Source: a bacterium (lineage in GTDB: Bacteria > Chrysiogenota > Deferribacteres > Deferribacterales > Flexistipitaceae). Taken from it: a stretch of DNA of 55,119 nt. The stretch spans positions 1 to 55,119 of the forward strand of contig JASMTO010000047.1 in assembly GCA_041694215.1 (NCBI GenBank), written 5' to 3'. Made by a program: the position numbers and the translations under genes. The notes beneath the pieces were generated by a model. That model ran no database searches and was not told the origin of the DNA. It was given only the letters and a program-made list of their open reading frames with translations. Shown here one piece after another: positions 40,915 through 51,338 of the stretch (its first letter is position 1; each line of letters opens with the position of its first letter).

Positions 40915-40988
40915 GGGCCAATAGCTCAGTTGGCTAGAGCCACCGGCTCATAACCGGTAGGTCCCAGGTTCGACTCCTGGTTGGCCCA
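40915..40988 (+). tRNA. tRNA with CAT anticodon, most likely tRNA-Ile2 (lysidine); CCA not encoded
   Basis: GGGCCAA/TTGGCCC acceptor, GCTC/GAGC D stem, ACCGG-CTCATAA-CCGGT, CCAGG-TTCGACT-CCTGG; paired G1-C72 and no GGG/CCC anticodon stem, so not initiator. Confidence 0.93.
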
Positions 40989-41023
40989 TTTTTTTAAAAA
41001 GCGGCTAGTTTGCCGGGAAAATT

Positions 41024-42130
41024 ATGTCAATAAATATAAATGATATTAAAAAATTTTTAGAAAAACAATTTTCCGATTCTTCCAGACAGTTTGACTGGGA
41101 CAATAGTGGGGGGCAGATACTATCATCTGTAAAAGAAATTACGAAGATAGGATTTGCGCTGGATCCTTCAAAACATGTCATCGCACAGGCTGTAAATGAG
41201 GGGTGTGAGTTACTGATAACTCATCACCCCCTTTTTTTTGCGCCATTGAAGAAAATCGACACATCTTCTCCCTTAGGTTTTAAAATTAAGATAGCTTTAG
41301 AAAATAATTTGAATATTTTTTCCTATCACACATCTTTGGATTTGTCCGATTACAGTTTGAATGATTATTTGGCAGGTTTGTTAGAGGCTGTGCCGGAAGA
41401 TTTCTTAGAATATTTTAATTCTGATTATTATGTGAAGTTTGTATGCTTTGTTCCGAAAGGTTATGAAAATAGGATAATAGATGCAATTGATGATGCCGGT
41501 GGCGGTTGTATTGGAAAATATTCCAAATGCACCTTCATGGTTGAGGGTACCGGGACATTCTTGCCTGGTGATTCAACAAATCCTTTTATTGGGAAAAAAG
41601 GGGAATTGACGAAAACGGAAGAATATAGGCTGGAAACGATAGTATTAAAGAAAGATATTAATAGAGTTATTGAAAAGGTAAAGAAGATTCATCCTTATGA
41701 AGAGATGGCTTACGATGTGTACCCGCTGGAGCTAAAGAAAGCAAATGGCTTAGGGAGAATATGTAGCTTTTCTGAAAAAATATCATTTAGCGATTTTTTA
41801 ATAAAACTTAAACAAATACTAAAGCTTGATATTGTAAAGCATAACGCCTCCCTAGATTTTGATTTAAAAAAATTTGCGATTGTTACCGGAAGTGGTGCAT
41901 CCCTTTGGAATCGATGTATTCAAAAAGGAGTTAACGTACTTTTGACTGGAGATATTAAGCATCATGATGCTCTGGATGCTGCGGAGGCAGGAGTAACAAT
42001 TGTTGACTGTGGTCACTTTGAAACTGAACGAATTTATATGGAATATTTATCTTCGGCTATACAGAAACATTTTGATGTAGATACAATAGTGCTGGAGGAA
42101 AAATCCAGTATTAAATATTTTTGGGGGTAA
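41024..42130 (+). CDS. Nif3-like dinuclear metal centre protein (YqfO type, with PII/CutA-like insert)
   Basis: WDNSG, ITHHPLFF, HTSLD, HPYEE.AYD, TGD.KHH, GHF.TE. Confidence 0.92.
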   Translation: MSININDIKKFLEKQFSDSSRQFDWDNSGGQILSSVKEITKIGFALDPSKHVIAQAVNEGCELLITHHPLFFAPLKKIDTSSPLGFKIKIALENNLNIFSYHTSLDLSDYSLNDYLAGLLEAVPEDFLEYFNSDYYVKFVCFVPKGYENRIIDAIDDAGGGCIGKYSKCTFMVEGTGTFLPGDSTNPFIGKKGELTKTEEYRLETIVLKKDINRVIEKVKKIHPYEEMAYDVYPLELKKANGLGRICSFSEKISFSDFLIKLKQILKLDIVKHNASLDFDLKKFAIVTGSGASLWNRCIQKGVNVLLTGDIKHHDALDAAEAGVTIVDCGHFETERIYMEYLSSAIQKHFDVDTIVLEEKSSIKYFWG

Positions 42131-42132
42131 CA

Positions 42133-42861
42133 ATGTTAGATTCAGCAGAGAAACTTATAGAGCTTCAAAAGATTGATAACAGAATAGCAGAATTGGAGAG
42201 TCTTATCAACGACATTCCAGATGATCTGAAAAATTTAAAAAATGATAAAGATGTGCTGGAGAAAGAGTACGAAGAGCTTAAAAAGCGTCTGAAATCCTTA
42301 AAAGACGAAAAAAGTGTTATTGAAAAGTCTATAGCTGAAAAGTCAACCCTTCTTGAAAATGCTCAAAGAAAGTTGACAACGGTGAAAAATAATAAAGAGT
42401 ATGAAGCTGTTCTGAAAGAATTGGATACTTTAAAAAAAGAGATGTATGAAGAGGAATTGAAAGTCCTTGAGCTTGATGATGAAATAAAGAGTAATGAAAA
42501 AGAATTTCAGGCATGTAAAGGGAAAAAAGAGAATGTGGATATCCAATACACTGAGATGGTTAATAAACGGGAAAAAGAGAATGCATCCAATGCAGACGAG
42601 TTGGAAAAACTGAAGCAAGAACGTAAAAAAGCTGTTACTGGAATAAAAAAGCAAATCTTATCCAAATATGAGATGATCCGGAAAGCACGTAATAATTTGG
42701 CAATAGTACGTGTTGAAAACGAAACGTGTACGGGATGCTATATGAAAATACCACCTCAATTATATGTTGAAGTGAAAAAAGAACATTCACTACATCAGTG
42801 CCCCAACTGTCAAAGGTTTCTTTACTTTAAAGAAGAAACCGAAAAAGTAGCCGAAAAATGA
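42133..42861 (+). CDS. coiled-coil protein with C4 zinc ribbon (DUF164/CT398-like)
   Basis: LQ.ID, long coiled coil, CTGC...CPNC.R.L. Confidence 0.88.
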   Translation: MLDSAEKLIELQKIDNRIAELESLINDIPDDLKNLKNDKDVLEKEYEELKKRLKSLKDEKSVIEKSIAEKSTLLENAQRKLTTVKNNKEYEAVLKELDTLKKEMYEEELKVLELDDEIKSNEKEFQACKGKKENVDIQYTEMVNKREKENASNADELEKLKQERKKAVTGIKKQILSKYEMIRKARNNLAIVRVENETCTGCYMKIPPQLYVEVKKEHSLHQCPNCQRFLYFKEETEKVAEK

Positions 42862-42897
42862 AAGCGATATATTCATTTTGCATTTGTAAGATATTAA

Positions 42898-43299
42898 ATG
42901 ATTAACGTTTATTCTGATGGAGCTTGTTCAGGTAATCCGGGACCTGCTGGAATAGGTTTTGTTATTTACGATAATTTCGGTGAAAAGATATCTGACCATT
43001 CGGAATATATAGGTCAAGGTACAAACAATATTGCAGAATACACCGCAGTTTTGGAAGCCATCCGGGAAATCAAACGGAAACTGAAAAATGTAGATGAAAA
43101 AATCATTTTTCATCTTGATTCTGAGTTAGCAGTTAAGCAACTTAACGGTGTCTATAAAATCAAAAATGAAAACTTAAAAAAGTTGGTCGAATGTATTAAG
43201 CATGAACTTGTTGGACTTGATTATGAAATAGTGCATGTACGCCGGGAAAAGAATAAGGAAGCTGACAGGCTTTCTAAAAAGGCCATTGCCAACATTTAA
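42898..43299 (+). CDS. rnhA: ribonuclease HI family protein
   Basis: SDGA.SGNPG, TNN.AEY, DSEL...Q, RE.N..AD (D-E-D-D). Confidence 0.88.
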   Translation: MINVYSDGACSGNPGPAGIGFVIYDNFGEKISDHSEYIGQGTNNIAEYTAVLEAIREIKRKLKNVDEKIIFHLDSELAVKQLNGVYKIKNENLKKLVECIKHELVGLDYEIVHVRREKNKEADRLSKKAIANI

Positions 43300-43425
43300 T
43301 TCCAGTGCCATATCTTGATTTAACAAATGAAGGTGGAGACGCTAGAAGAATTATAGTTTGCAATAATTTGCAAATTGTATAATATATTTTCCTAATAACA
43401 CTCACAATCTAAAAATGGAGAGAGT

Positions 43426-44298
43426 ATGAAAATTGGTGAAATATTTGAGAAAAAGAATCTTGTTGTATCTTTTGAATTTTTCCCTCCTAAAAAGTCTGAA
43501 AATGAGCACATCCTTTTTGAATCCATTGAGAGACTCAGTAATTTTAAACCTGACTTTGTTTCTGTAACGTATGGAGCTGGTGGCAGTACGCAGGAAAAGA
43601 CCATGGAGTGGACGAAAAAGATAAAAAATAGTTACAAACAGAATGTTATGATGCATTTAACATGCATTGGTTCCACAAAAAGTAAAATAATAAATATTCT
43701 TGAAGAATTGAAAAAAGAAGGGATAGAGAATATCCTGGCTTTACGAGGTGATATTCCTGAAGGTGCTGAGGATATTGATTCCCTATTTACTGATTTCAAG
43801 TATGCCTCTGATCTGGTAAGGCTGATAAAGAGTTATGATAAAAATTTTTCTGTGGCTGTTGCCGGTTATCCCGAAGGGCATATTGAGTGCAGCTCCAAAA
43901 GTGAAGATATTGAAAATCTGAAGAAAAAGGTTGATGAAGGTGCAGAGTGTATCATAACCCAGCTATTCTTTGATAATGCTTATTTTTATGATTACCTGGA
44001 GAGGCTTGAGAAAAATCATATACATCTTCCCGTTATTGCAGGGATAATGCCTATTATCAATATTAAGCAGGTTATAAAGTTTACAGATATGTGCGGTGCC
44101 ACTGTGCCGGAACACTTGAAGAATAAAATGCTGGGTAAAGAGCCGGAAGAGATGTTTAAGATTGGGGTTGATTTTGCTACAGAGCAGTGCAGGGACTTGA
44201 TTGAAAATGGTGTCAAAGGGCTGCATTTTTATACACTTAACAGGGCCAGGGCTACAGCAAAAATACTGGAGGATCTTCAGATTAACAAGGTTCAATGA
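43426..44298 (+). CDS. metF: 5,10-methylenetetrahydrofolate reductase
   Basis: SFEFFPPK, SVTYGAGG, HLTC, LALRGD, AGYPEGH, ITQLFFD, HFYTLN. Confidence 0.95.
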   Translation: MKIGEIFEKKNLVVSFEFFPPKKSENEHILFESIERLSNFKPDFVSVTYGAGGSTQEKTMEWTKKIKNSYKQNVMMHLTCIGSTKSKIINILEELKKEGIENILALRGDIPEGAEDIDSLFTDFKYASDLVRLIKSYDKNFSVAVAGYPEGHIECSSKSEDIENLKKKVDEGAECIITQLFFDNAYFYDYLERLEKNHIHLPVIAGIMPIINIKQVIKFTDMCGATVPEHLKNKMLGKEPEEMFKIGVDFATEQCRDLIENGVKGLHFYTLNRARATAKILEDLQINKVQ

Positions 44299-44948
44299 AA
44301 TATTTAAGCAGAGCTTATTTTGTCCCGACATTAAAAGAAGCGGAGAAAATCTTTCCTGGTTTTCTTTTTCGTAAAAACTCAAATGGATTATATTTTTGTG
44401 ATTTAAAAGATGGTCTGATTTTTGTTTCCGGTATCGGCAAAATAAATATTACATATGCAGCATCGCTAATTTTTTCAGAGTATTCATTTGAAATAGCATA
44501 TCTTATGGGGATTTGCGGTGCATATAAAAGTGGTTATTTAAAAACCGGTGATCTTGTGAGTGTGGAATATGATTATTTCGCTGATGAGGGTCTTCTTGAC
44601 GAGTCCGGTAATTATCGGTTAATTTCAGAAATGGGTTTTCCGGTAATGGCTGATGGAAAGGATTTTGTAGTATTTGACAAGGCAGATGGGATAACAGGTG
44701 TGTCAGCCAATACAGTATCTTTTTTGAGCGGTACAGATTACCTTGCGGATATTTATTCTAGCAAGACAAACGCCCACATTGAAAATATGGAGGGTGCTGC
44801 TTTTGGGTATGTGTGCGGAAAATTTGGGCAACGGGCTGTGCATATAAGGGCTGTATCCAACTTTTGTGGTGACAGGGGCAGCCAAAATTGGAATATTGCA
44901 AAGGCTTTTGATTCCCTTTCCAATTATGTTAAAACTAACGTGATTTAA
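44295..44948 (+). CDS. mqnB: futalosine hydrolase (PNP/MTAN fold)
   Basis: SGIGK.N, GICGAY, ADEG, ENMEGAA, RAVSN..G.R....W. Confidence 0.7.
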   Translation: MKYLSRAYFVPTLKEAEKIFPGFLFRKNSNGLYFCDLKDGLIFVSGIGKINITYAASLIFSEYSFEIAYLMGICGAYKSGYLKTGDLVSVEYDYFADEGLLDESGNYRLISEMGFPVMADGKDFVVFDKADGITGVSANTVSFLSGTDYLADIYSSKTNAHIENMEGAAFGYVCGKFGQRAVHIRAVSNFCGDRGSQNWNIAKAFDSLSNYVKTNVI

Positions 44949-45012
44949 TGCTTGAATATTATAATGGTATTAAAAAATGCTACTATTAGCAGAATTTATG
45001 TGAGGTTAAAAA

Positions 45013-46062
45013 ATGGCATGTAGATGTGAAGCCACAAATGAATACCGGTATAATCAGGGGTATATGTATTTTACTGCAGGTGTCCCAGAAATATTAAAAT
45101 CACTTGCTTTAACTATTAAAAAATTAGGCTATAATGCTGAATATCAAAAAGGTGTCATAGTTGTTTCTGTTAAATGCGGTAGTGATCTTTTGATTGCTCT
45201 ATGCGGAGAACATTTCAATGAAAAAGAAAAAAAAGAAATAAAATTTACGTTTTTACCTGAAGGTAGTGTATTTGATTTTGGTATTTTTGCTAATCTTGAT
45301 ACATTGTCCAATGCTTGTGGTATACTTGGCGGAAGAGACCTTGTTGACATGATGAATAATAAATCTTTCAAAGTATATTTCCAGCCTATTATTGATATGA
45401 ATAATGAAAGTATTTATGGCTATGAATGTTTGCTAAGAGGTATAGGTAAAAAGGGGGAAATAATTCCTCCTGGTAAACTTTTTGGAATGGCAAAGGGCAG
45501 TGATCTTTTACTGCGTCTTGACAGAGTTGCCAGAGAATGCAGCCTTGAAGCCATCGCTGAGAAGAACATAGATAAGTATTGTTTTATAAATTTTCTACCT
45601 TCTTCTATTTACACGCCGGAGGTTTGTTTGCGTACTACATATAACCTAGCTGTAAAGTTGAATCTGAATCTGGAAAAAATTGTTTTTGAAGTATCGGAAA
45701 CAGAGAAAGTTGAGGACACCGGACATCTTAAGTCTATTTTAACCTTTTATCAAAAATCCGGTTTTCGCACAGCTCTAGATGATATAGGTAGCGGTTATGC
45801 ATCGCTCTCCTTGTTGGCGAAGCTGAGTCCAGATTTTGTTAAGGTGGATCGGGAAATAATTAAAGATATTCATACATCAAAACTTAAACAATCTATTTTG
45901 CAGGCACTTTCCGATATTTCTTCCAAAAATAATATTCTGCTTTTGGCCGAGGGTGTGGAAAAAAAAGAAGAGCTTGAATATGTTAAGTCTTTCAATATAA
46001 GATTTGTTCAGGGATTTTACTACGCTAAACCCTCACCGGAGCCTGCTATCCATTTGAATTAA
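45013..46062 (+). CDS. EAL-domain c-di-GMP phosphodiesterase with unrecognised N-terminal domain
   Basis: FQPI, ECLLR, INF, FEVSE, LDDIGSGY, K.D, AEGVE, QGFYY. Confidence 0.88.
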   Translation: MACRCEATNEYRYNQGYMYFTAGVPEILKSLALTIKKLGYNAEYQKGVIVVSVKCGSDLLIALCGEHFNEKEKKEIKFTFLPEGSVFDFGIFANLDTLSNACGILGGRDLVDMMNNKSFKVYFQPIIDMNNESIYGYECLLRGIGKKGEIIPPGKLFGMAKGSDLLLRLDRVARECSLEAIAEKNIDKYCFINFLPSSIYTPEVCLRTTYNLAVKLNLNLEKIVFEVSETEKVEDTGHLKSILTFYQKSGFRTALDDIGSGYASLSLLAKLSPDFVKVDREIIKDIHTSKLKQSILQALSDISSKNNILLLAEGVEKKEELEYVKSFNIRFVQGFYYAKPSPEPAIHLN

Positions 46063-46101
46063 TATGGGATGCCAACAATTTCGAGATGGGGTGAAATAGC
46101 A

Positions 46102-47691
46102 GTGAAATATTTATCTTTTTTTATATTGTTAATTTTCCTTTTTCCTTCTTTTGCCTGTGCTGAAAACAGTACCTTTTATGACAAGGTGGTTATTGGCGAT
46201 ACAAAAGGGAACTGGGGATATCCAAACCCTTATGCTCACTATCCCAGAGGCCCGGGATATACCAGAATGAGCTTTTTGTTTGACAGTTTGCTGTGGAAGA
46301 CAAATGACGGTATAGTGCTAGCTTTGGCAGAAAAATGGAGCTATGATAAAAGGGGTAAAAAATATTACTTTAAAATAAACGATAATGCACTGTGGCATGA
46401 CGGAAGAAATGTTACTGCTGAAGATGTGAAATTCACCATAGAATATTATAAAAAACATCCATACGGTTGGGTGGATGTAACAGATGTGAAAACCGTTGAG
46501 GTAATAGGTGAAAACGAAGTTGTTTTTCATATGGCTCGACCATCAGCACCTTTTATTCCGAATGTAGCTGCTTCAATGCCTATACTGCCTAAACATATTT
46601 GGGAGCATATTGAAAACCCTTATAATAATATTCAGAAAGAAACATTTATTGGCAGCGGCCCCTTTGTATTTGAAAGTTCTGATCCTGTAAGGGGCTTTTA
46701 TCATTTTAAGAGAAACAGAAACTATTACTTGGGCGAAGTTATTGTGGATAACCTGATTTTTAGTAAAGTGAGCAATCCTTTAATCTTTTTGCTAAAAAAC
46801 AGGATTGACGTTTCAGTAATACAACCGGAAATGATTGATATTTTGAAAAAGAATAATTTCAAGATTATTAATAGCCAGAGCAGCTGGATGAAAAAATTAT
46901 TGATTAATCACAATGAGCCTCCATTTGACAATAAACTGTTTCGCAAAGCATTTTACCTTTGCATAAATAGAGAGGAAATAGTGCGACAAGCCCACAGAGG
47001 ATTTGCCGAACCTGCTAACCCGGGGATGCTTCCAAAGCAGCATATGTATTATTGCCAAAACAATAATATGCTGAATTATAATCCGGATATAGCAAAGAAA
47101 CTTTTTAGCGAGCTTGGGTACAGGTTTGAAAATGGTGTAATGCTGGATGGGGATAATAAAAGGATTGTTATCGATATTCTTGTTTCGGATATAACCGCTG
47201 GTGGAGAAATTGGTATTGGCAGAGATGCTGAGATTCTTAAAAAGCAGCTGGAGAAAATGGGGATGAAGATAAATCTTTTGCATTTGGATCAGTCAATAAT
47301 TGATGAACGAGTGAAGAATAGAAAATTTACAGTGGTTTTGACGGGGCATGGCGGGATAGTGGGAGATCCTGCATTTTTGAACAGGTTGATATTATGTGAA
47401 AATGGCAGCTCTGTAAACAGTGCCTGTTATGAAAAGAATGACAGCCTTATTGAGCTGCTGCGTGAGCAGATTGTTGAAATGGATTCTAATAAAAGAAAAA
47501 AGATACTCTGCCAAATTCAAAGTATTCTGTCTGAAGATTTGCCATCAATGCCGCTGTACTATTTATCAGGATATGCAGCATATAATAATGAGAATAGTCC
47601 AGCCTGGTATTACACGAAAGGGGGGTATAGTATAGGTATCCCTTTGCCATTTAATAAAATGGCCTGCGTTAACAATGATGATAAGGAATAG
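46102..47691 (+). CDS. family 5 (peptide/nickel) ABC substrate-binding protein
   Basis: GTG with GGGGTG RBS gives a clean signal peptide; WHDG..VTAEDV.FT, ILPKHIW, GSGPF. Confidence 0.88.
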   Translation: MKYLSFFILLIFLFPSFACAENSTFYDKVVIGDTKGNWGYPNPYAHYPRGPGYTRMSFLFDSLLWKTNDGIVLALAEKWSYDKRGKKYYFKINDNALWHDGRNVTAEDVKFTIEYYKKHPYGWVDVTDVKTVEVIGENEVVFHMARPSAPFIPNVAASMPILPKHIWEHIENPYNNIQKETFIGSGPFVFESSDPVRGFYHFKRNRNYYLGEVIVDNLIFSKVSNPLIFLLKNRIDVSVIQPEMIDILKKNNFKIINSQSSWMKKLLINHNEPPFDNKLFRKAFYLCINREEIVRQAHRGFAEPANPGMLPKQHMYYCQNNNMLNYNPDIAKKLFSELGYRFENGVMLDGDNKRIVIDILVSDITAGGEIGIGRDAEILKKQLEKMGMKINLLHLDQSIIDERVKNRKFTVVLTGHGGIVGDPAFLNRLILCENGSSVNSACYEKNDSLIELLREQIVEMDSNKRKKILCQIQSILSEDLPSMPLYYLSGYAAYNNENSPAWYYTKGGYSIGIPLPFNKMACVNNDDKE

Positions 47692-48679
47692 TGGATTGCC
47701 TTTCCTGGATTTTAAAACGTATGGTTTTTTGAAAAGGTTATTGTTTTTATTAACGTCATATTTTGTCGTTATTTTTGTTTTAATCTCGTTAAGCTATGTG
47801 GTTGTGGCTAATTTGCCGGGGGATTATTACATCTCGATGTATGAGAATACATCAACAGGTTTCTCAGCGGGGAATGCTGATATACAATCGTTTTTCCAGA
47901 AAGAAATCGGCTATTTTGGTTATTTATATGACATCGTTACATTTAACTGGGGATATTCTTTTTTATACGCTAAACCTGTCCTCCAAATCATTGGAGAGGT
48001 ACTGCCCAGAAGCCTTTTGCTAGTTGTTAGCGCCGGTTTCTTATCTTTGGTTTTTGGTTTATTTTTAGGGATTGAGACTGCTGTAAGAAAATCACATCCC
48101 ATTGAAAAAATAAGTGTTTTTTTTAATTCAGCAGTTGATGGAGTACCTGAGTTTGTTGTTGGACTTTTGTTTTTGATTATTTTTTCTACTGGATATACAC
48201 CCCCTTCATTATCAGTTGCAGAAGATTACACCTTCTTTACAATAGCAGGGTATATGATTTTGCCTGTGGTCAGTGTGGCAGTTGCCAATATTCCCGGCAT
48301 GTTTCTGATTGCAAGAAACAGTGTTATTACAGATATGGTTCACCCATGTATTTTGACAGCAAAAGGGAAGGGACTGACGGATTTTTACATAAAATATAAG
48401 CATCTTTTGATAATGGCTTTACCGCCAGTACTTTCAAGGTTTGGGATTAGATTTGGTTTTATTCTAACCGGAGCACTTGTGGTTGAAAATATTTTTAGTT
48501 TCCCTGGCCTTGGGACACTTTTTTTCGAAGCTATCCAAATGCGTGATGTAAATCTGATAAGGGGCATTTTTCTTGTTTCTGCACTGTTTATAATATTAAT
48601 GAATATGCTAGCTGATACAGTAATTCACATTATTTATCCTTTTTATAATGAAAAAAGAGACATTAATGATGTCTTATAG
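47675..48679 (+). CDS. peptide/nickel ABC permease (DppB/NikB-like)
   Basis: LPGD, WG.S, TAKGKGL, GALVVE.IF..PGLG, RD. Confidence 0.87.
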   Translation: MMIRNSGLPFLDFKTYGFLKRLLFLLTSYFVVIFVLISLSYVVVANLPGDYYISMYENTSTGFSAGNADIQSFFQKEIGYFGYLYDIVTFNWGYSFLYAKPVLQIIGEVLPRSLLLVVSAGFLSLVFGLFLGIETAVRKSHPIEKISVFFNSAVDGVPEFVVGLLFLIIFSTGYTPPSLSVAEDYTFFTIAGYMILPVVSVAVANIPGMFLIARNSVITDMVHPCILTAKGKGLTDFYIKYKHLLIMALPPVLSRFGIRFGFILTGALVVENIFSFPGLGTLFFEAIQMRDVNLIRGIFLVSALFIILMNMLADTVIHIIYPFYNEKRDINDVL

Positions 48680-49469
48680 AATAATGCTGTTATTGTTGTT
48701 TATTGCCGTTTTATTGGGATTATTATTTGTGTGTTTGAAGGATTATGAGCCTGCTTACTATCAACCATTTCTGCCACCATGTAAGGATCATTTACTGGGT
48801 ACTAACGATATAGGTTATGATATTTTGACTGTTTTTTTGTTGTCTGTTTTTAATTCTTTTGTATTTGCTGTTTTTGTCTCTTTTGCCACAGTAGTGATAG
48901 GTACACTTTTAGGCAATATTTCTCCATTCTTAGGAAAACAGAGCGATTTTCTTTTGAGAAAAACCTTTGATATAATCATTGTCATACCTAATATATTGTT
49001 GTTGATATTTTTCTCATCTCTTTTTAAACCCTCGATGTTTGTTGCCGGTACAATTATAGTTTTGCTACAGTGGGCTACTGTTAGCAGGGTTATAAGGGCT
49101 AAAGCTATCTCTGCTTGGCGTAAAGGATATATTGTGATATCCAGGCAGATGGGCGCTTCGAAAGGAGGTATTTTTTTCAGACATATTTTACCGGAGCTTA
49201 TGCCGGTAATTATGGTAATGTTTGTAAACAAACTCAGAATGGCTTTGTTTGCAGAAGCAACACTGACTTTTCTCGGCTTGATAGATTTATCATCATTTTC
49301 TTTGGGCAAAATGATAAGATATTCAACAAATTTTTATTATTTGGATGTTTGGTGGAACTGGATTTTGCCACCAGTTTTTGCTCTTATTTGTATTATTTCT
49401 TTGGTTAATTTTTTCGGATTGCATCTGGAGAAGGTTTTTAATGAACATATTAGAGGATTTCCCGTTTAA
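48666..49469 (+). CDS. peptide/nickel ABC permease (DppC/NikC-like)
   Basis: HLLGTND.G.DI, W...SR..R, HILP, EA.L.FLG. Confidence 0.85.
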   Translation: MMSYRIMLLLLFIAVLLGLLFVCLKDYEPAYYQPFLPPCKDHLLGTNDIGYDILTVFLLSVFNSFVFAVFVSFATVVIGTLLGNISPFLGKQSDFLLRKTFDIIIVIPNILLLIFFSSLFKPSMFVAGTIIVLLQWATVSRVIRAKAISAWRKGYIVISRQMGASKGGIFFRHILPELMPVIMVMFVNKLRMALFAEATLTFLGLIDLSSFSLGKMIRYSTNFYYLDVWWNWILPPVFALICIISLVNFFGLHLEKVFNEHIRGFPV

Positions 49470-51190
49470 TGAAAAAAGGTGAAATGTACAACAATTTATC
49501 GATAAAAAACCTTACTATTAAATACAGACTCAAAGCTCATGAAATACTTGCACTTGATAATATCAATCTGGATGTTCCTGTTGGCAAATGTATTGGACTT
49601 GTGGGGGAATCTGGATCAGGAAAAACTACTATTGCTAAGGCTTGCATGGGATTTGTGAGCGGCAATGGGGATGTTAATGGAAGTGTATTTGTAAAAGATA
49701 CGGATATTATAAATGCAGATAAAAACATTGCGAAAAAATTAAGGGGTGAAACCGTTGCCTTAATGTTTCAGAAGCCCGAAATGTATTTCCACCCTAATAT
49801 GAGCATAATTTCTCAATTGGCTGAAATTTTTATAAAAAGACGAAATTATAACCGTAACGATGCATTCAAAGAAGCAAGTGAGAAACTGTCATCTTTTTAT
49901 ATAGATGAAATACACCAAAAGTTATACCCTCATCAGTTAAGCGGAGGGCAGTTGTCTAGGGCTATGCTTTGCATGTCAATGTTGCTTGAGCCGGATATAC
50001 TTATTTTAGACGAACCGACCGCTTCTTTGGATAAAAGACATAAGGAATTGATTTTGGAAAAAATCCAAAAATACCGCACAAAATCTACCAGTATTCTATT
50101 GATATCCCATGATTTGGAAGTTGTAACAAATATATGCGATGATATTTATGTACTATATTTTGGTGAAATTGTTGAGAAACTTAGTAATAAAAAATTTTGC
50201 GAGCGACCCGCTCATCCTTATACGTTTGCCTTAAAACGGTCATTTCCTTTTGAAGGATCAAAAAAGCAGCTTATGGGCATAAAAGGAGATGTTTTTTCCA
50301 GGATTGTTCACCGGCATGATGAAAGCCATTTTCAGCATGTGCATACGGTTAATGTGGAAGAATCTTTTGACAACCATTCCCACATTGCTGAGGGAGGGTG
50401 TTTATTTGCCCCTAGGTGTCCACAGAAAATAAATCAGTGTTTTTATGAGAAGCCTCTTGAGATTGCTCATCCGGAAGGATTTGTAAAATGCTTGAGAGGC
50501 GGGGTCGTAAAAAGTTTACATGTTGTGGGTGTAGAAAAGAGTTATTCAACAGATTTTAGAATGTATATCCCTCGTTTTTCCATTTATAACGGCGAATTAT
50601 ATAGCATAGTGGGGGAGACCGGTTCAGGGAAAACCACATTTGCCAAAATAGTAGCTGGGATAATAAAGCCCGATAGCGGGGATATATTTTTTGAAGATGT
50701 AAAAGCTGAGCATGCCGCTTTATTTAGCAAACATGTCGGTTTTTTACCCCAGAATCCTTTTTCTTCGGTTAACCCACGGTTTAGTGTGGGTGAAGTCTTA
50801 TATGAGGCTTTTGAGTTGAAGCGGTTGGATGCTTCGGAAGATAAGATTACTGAGATCCTTAGAAGTGTCAAATTGCCGACTGGCAGTGAATTTTTAGGAA
50901 TGAATGTAATGCAGTTAAATGCCGGATCGCTGCAGAGACTATGCCTTGCAAGGGCTCTAATTGGTGAGCCTTCTATACTTGTTGCTGATGAGCCGACATC
51001 CTCTTTGGATCCCAGTATACAGGCAAAAGTTGTCAATATGCTTCAGACACTACAGGTTGAATACGGTCTAACGGTGCTTTTTATTACCCACAATATTACG
51101 CTTGCCCAAAAGATAAGTGATAAGATTTTTTATATGTCATCGGGAACGTTGACGGATGATTATACTGGCAGTATCTCCAAATGTATATAA
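49469..51190 (+). CDS. fused DppD/DppF-type ABC ATP-binding protein with His-rich insert
   Basis: GESGSGKT/LSGGQ/LDEPT and GETGSGKT/LNAGS/ADEPT; HPYT...C..PRC....C...C module. Confidence 0.9.
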   Translation: MKKGEMYNNLSIKNLTIKYRLKAHEILALDNINLDVPVGKCIGLVGESGSGKTTIAKACMGFVSGNGDVNGSVFVKDTDIINADKNIAKKLRGETVALMFQKPEMYFHPNMSIISQLAEIFIKRRNYNRNDAFKEASEKLSSFYIDEIHQKLYPHQLSGGQLSRAMLCMSMLLEPDILILDEPTASLDKRHKELILEKIQKYRTKSTSILLISHDLEVVTNICDDIYVLYFGEIVEKLSNKKFCERPAHPYTFALKRSFPFEGSKKQLMGIKGDVFSRIVHRHDESHFQHVHTVNVEESFDNHSHIAEGGCLFAPRCPQKINQCFYEKPLEIAHPEGFVKCLRGGVVKSLHVVGVEKSYSTDFRMYIPRFSIYNGELYSIVGETGSGKTTFAKIVAGIIKPDSGDIFFEDVKAEHAALFSKHVGFLPQNPFSSVNPRFSVGEVLYEAFELKRLDASEDKITEILRSVKLPTGSEFLGMNVMQLNAGSLQRLCLARALIGEPSILVADEPTSSLDPSIQAKVVNMLQTLQVEYGLTVLFITHNITLAQKISDKIFYMSSGTLTDDYTGSISKCI

Positions 51191-51338
51191 AAGTATTGTT
51201 TTACATTGATAAATATTTATATTGCAAAAGCTGGAACAATACCAGGAAATATACCATTGACACGGTGAAGAAGTTGTGATTTTTTTATTAAACTGTTATA
51301 ATTTAAGCAGCATAAGCTAAACTAAAAGGCAGGCAAAT

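Noticed and set aside
40915-40988. tRNA-Met (initiator or elongator)
   Set aside because: It lacks the C1-A72 mismatch and the three G-C anticodon-stem pairs of initiators, and the GGGCC acceptor fits Ile2 better; elongator Met cannot be fully excluded without a classifier.
40989-41023. Integrative element at the tRNA 3' end
   Set aside because: No integrase and no duplicated tRNA 3' end in the window; the Nif3 gene follows immediately.
43300-43425. SAM riboswitch upstream of metF, or rnpB after RNase HI
   Set aside because: Only 126 AT-rich nt with no SAM-I or RNase P consensus; the palindrome AATTTGCAAATT (43365-76) is too weak to call an operator.
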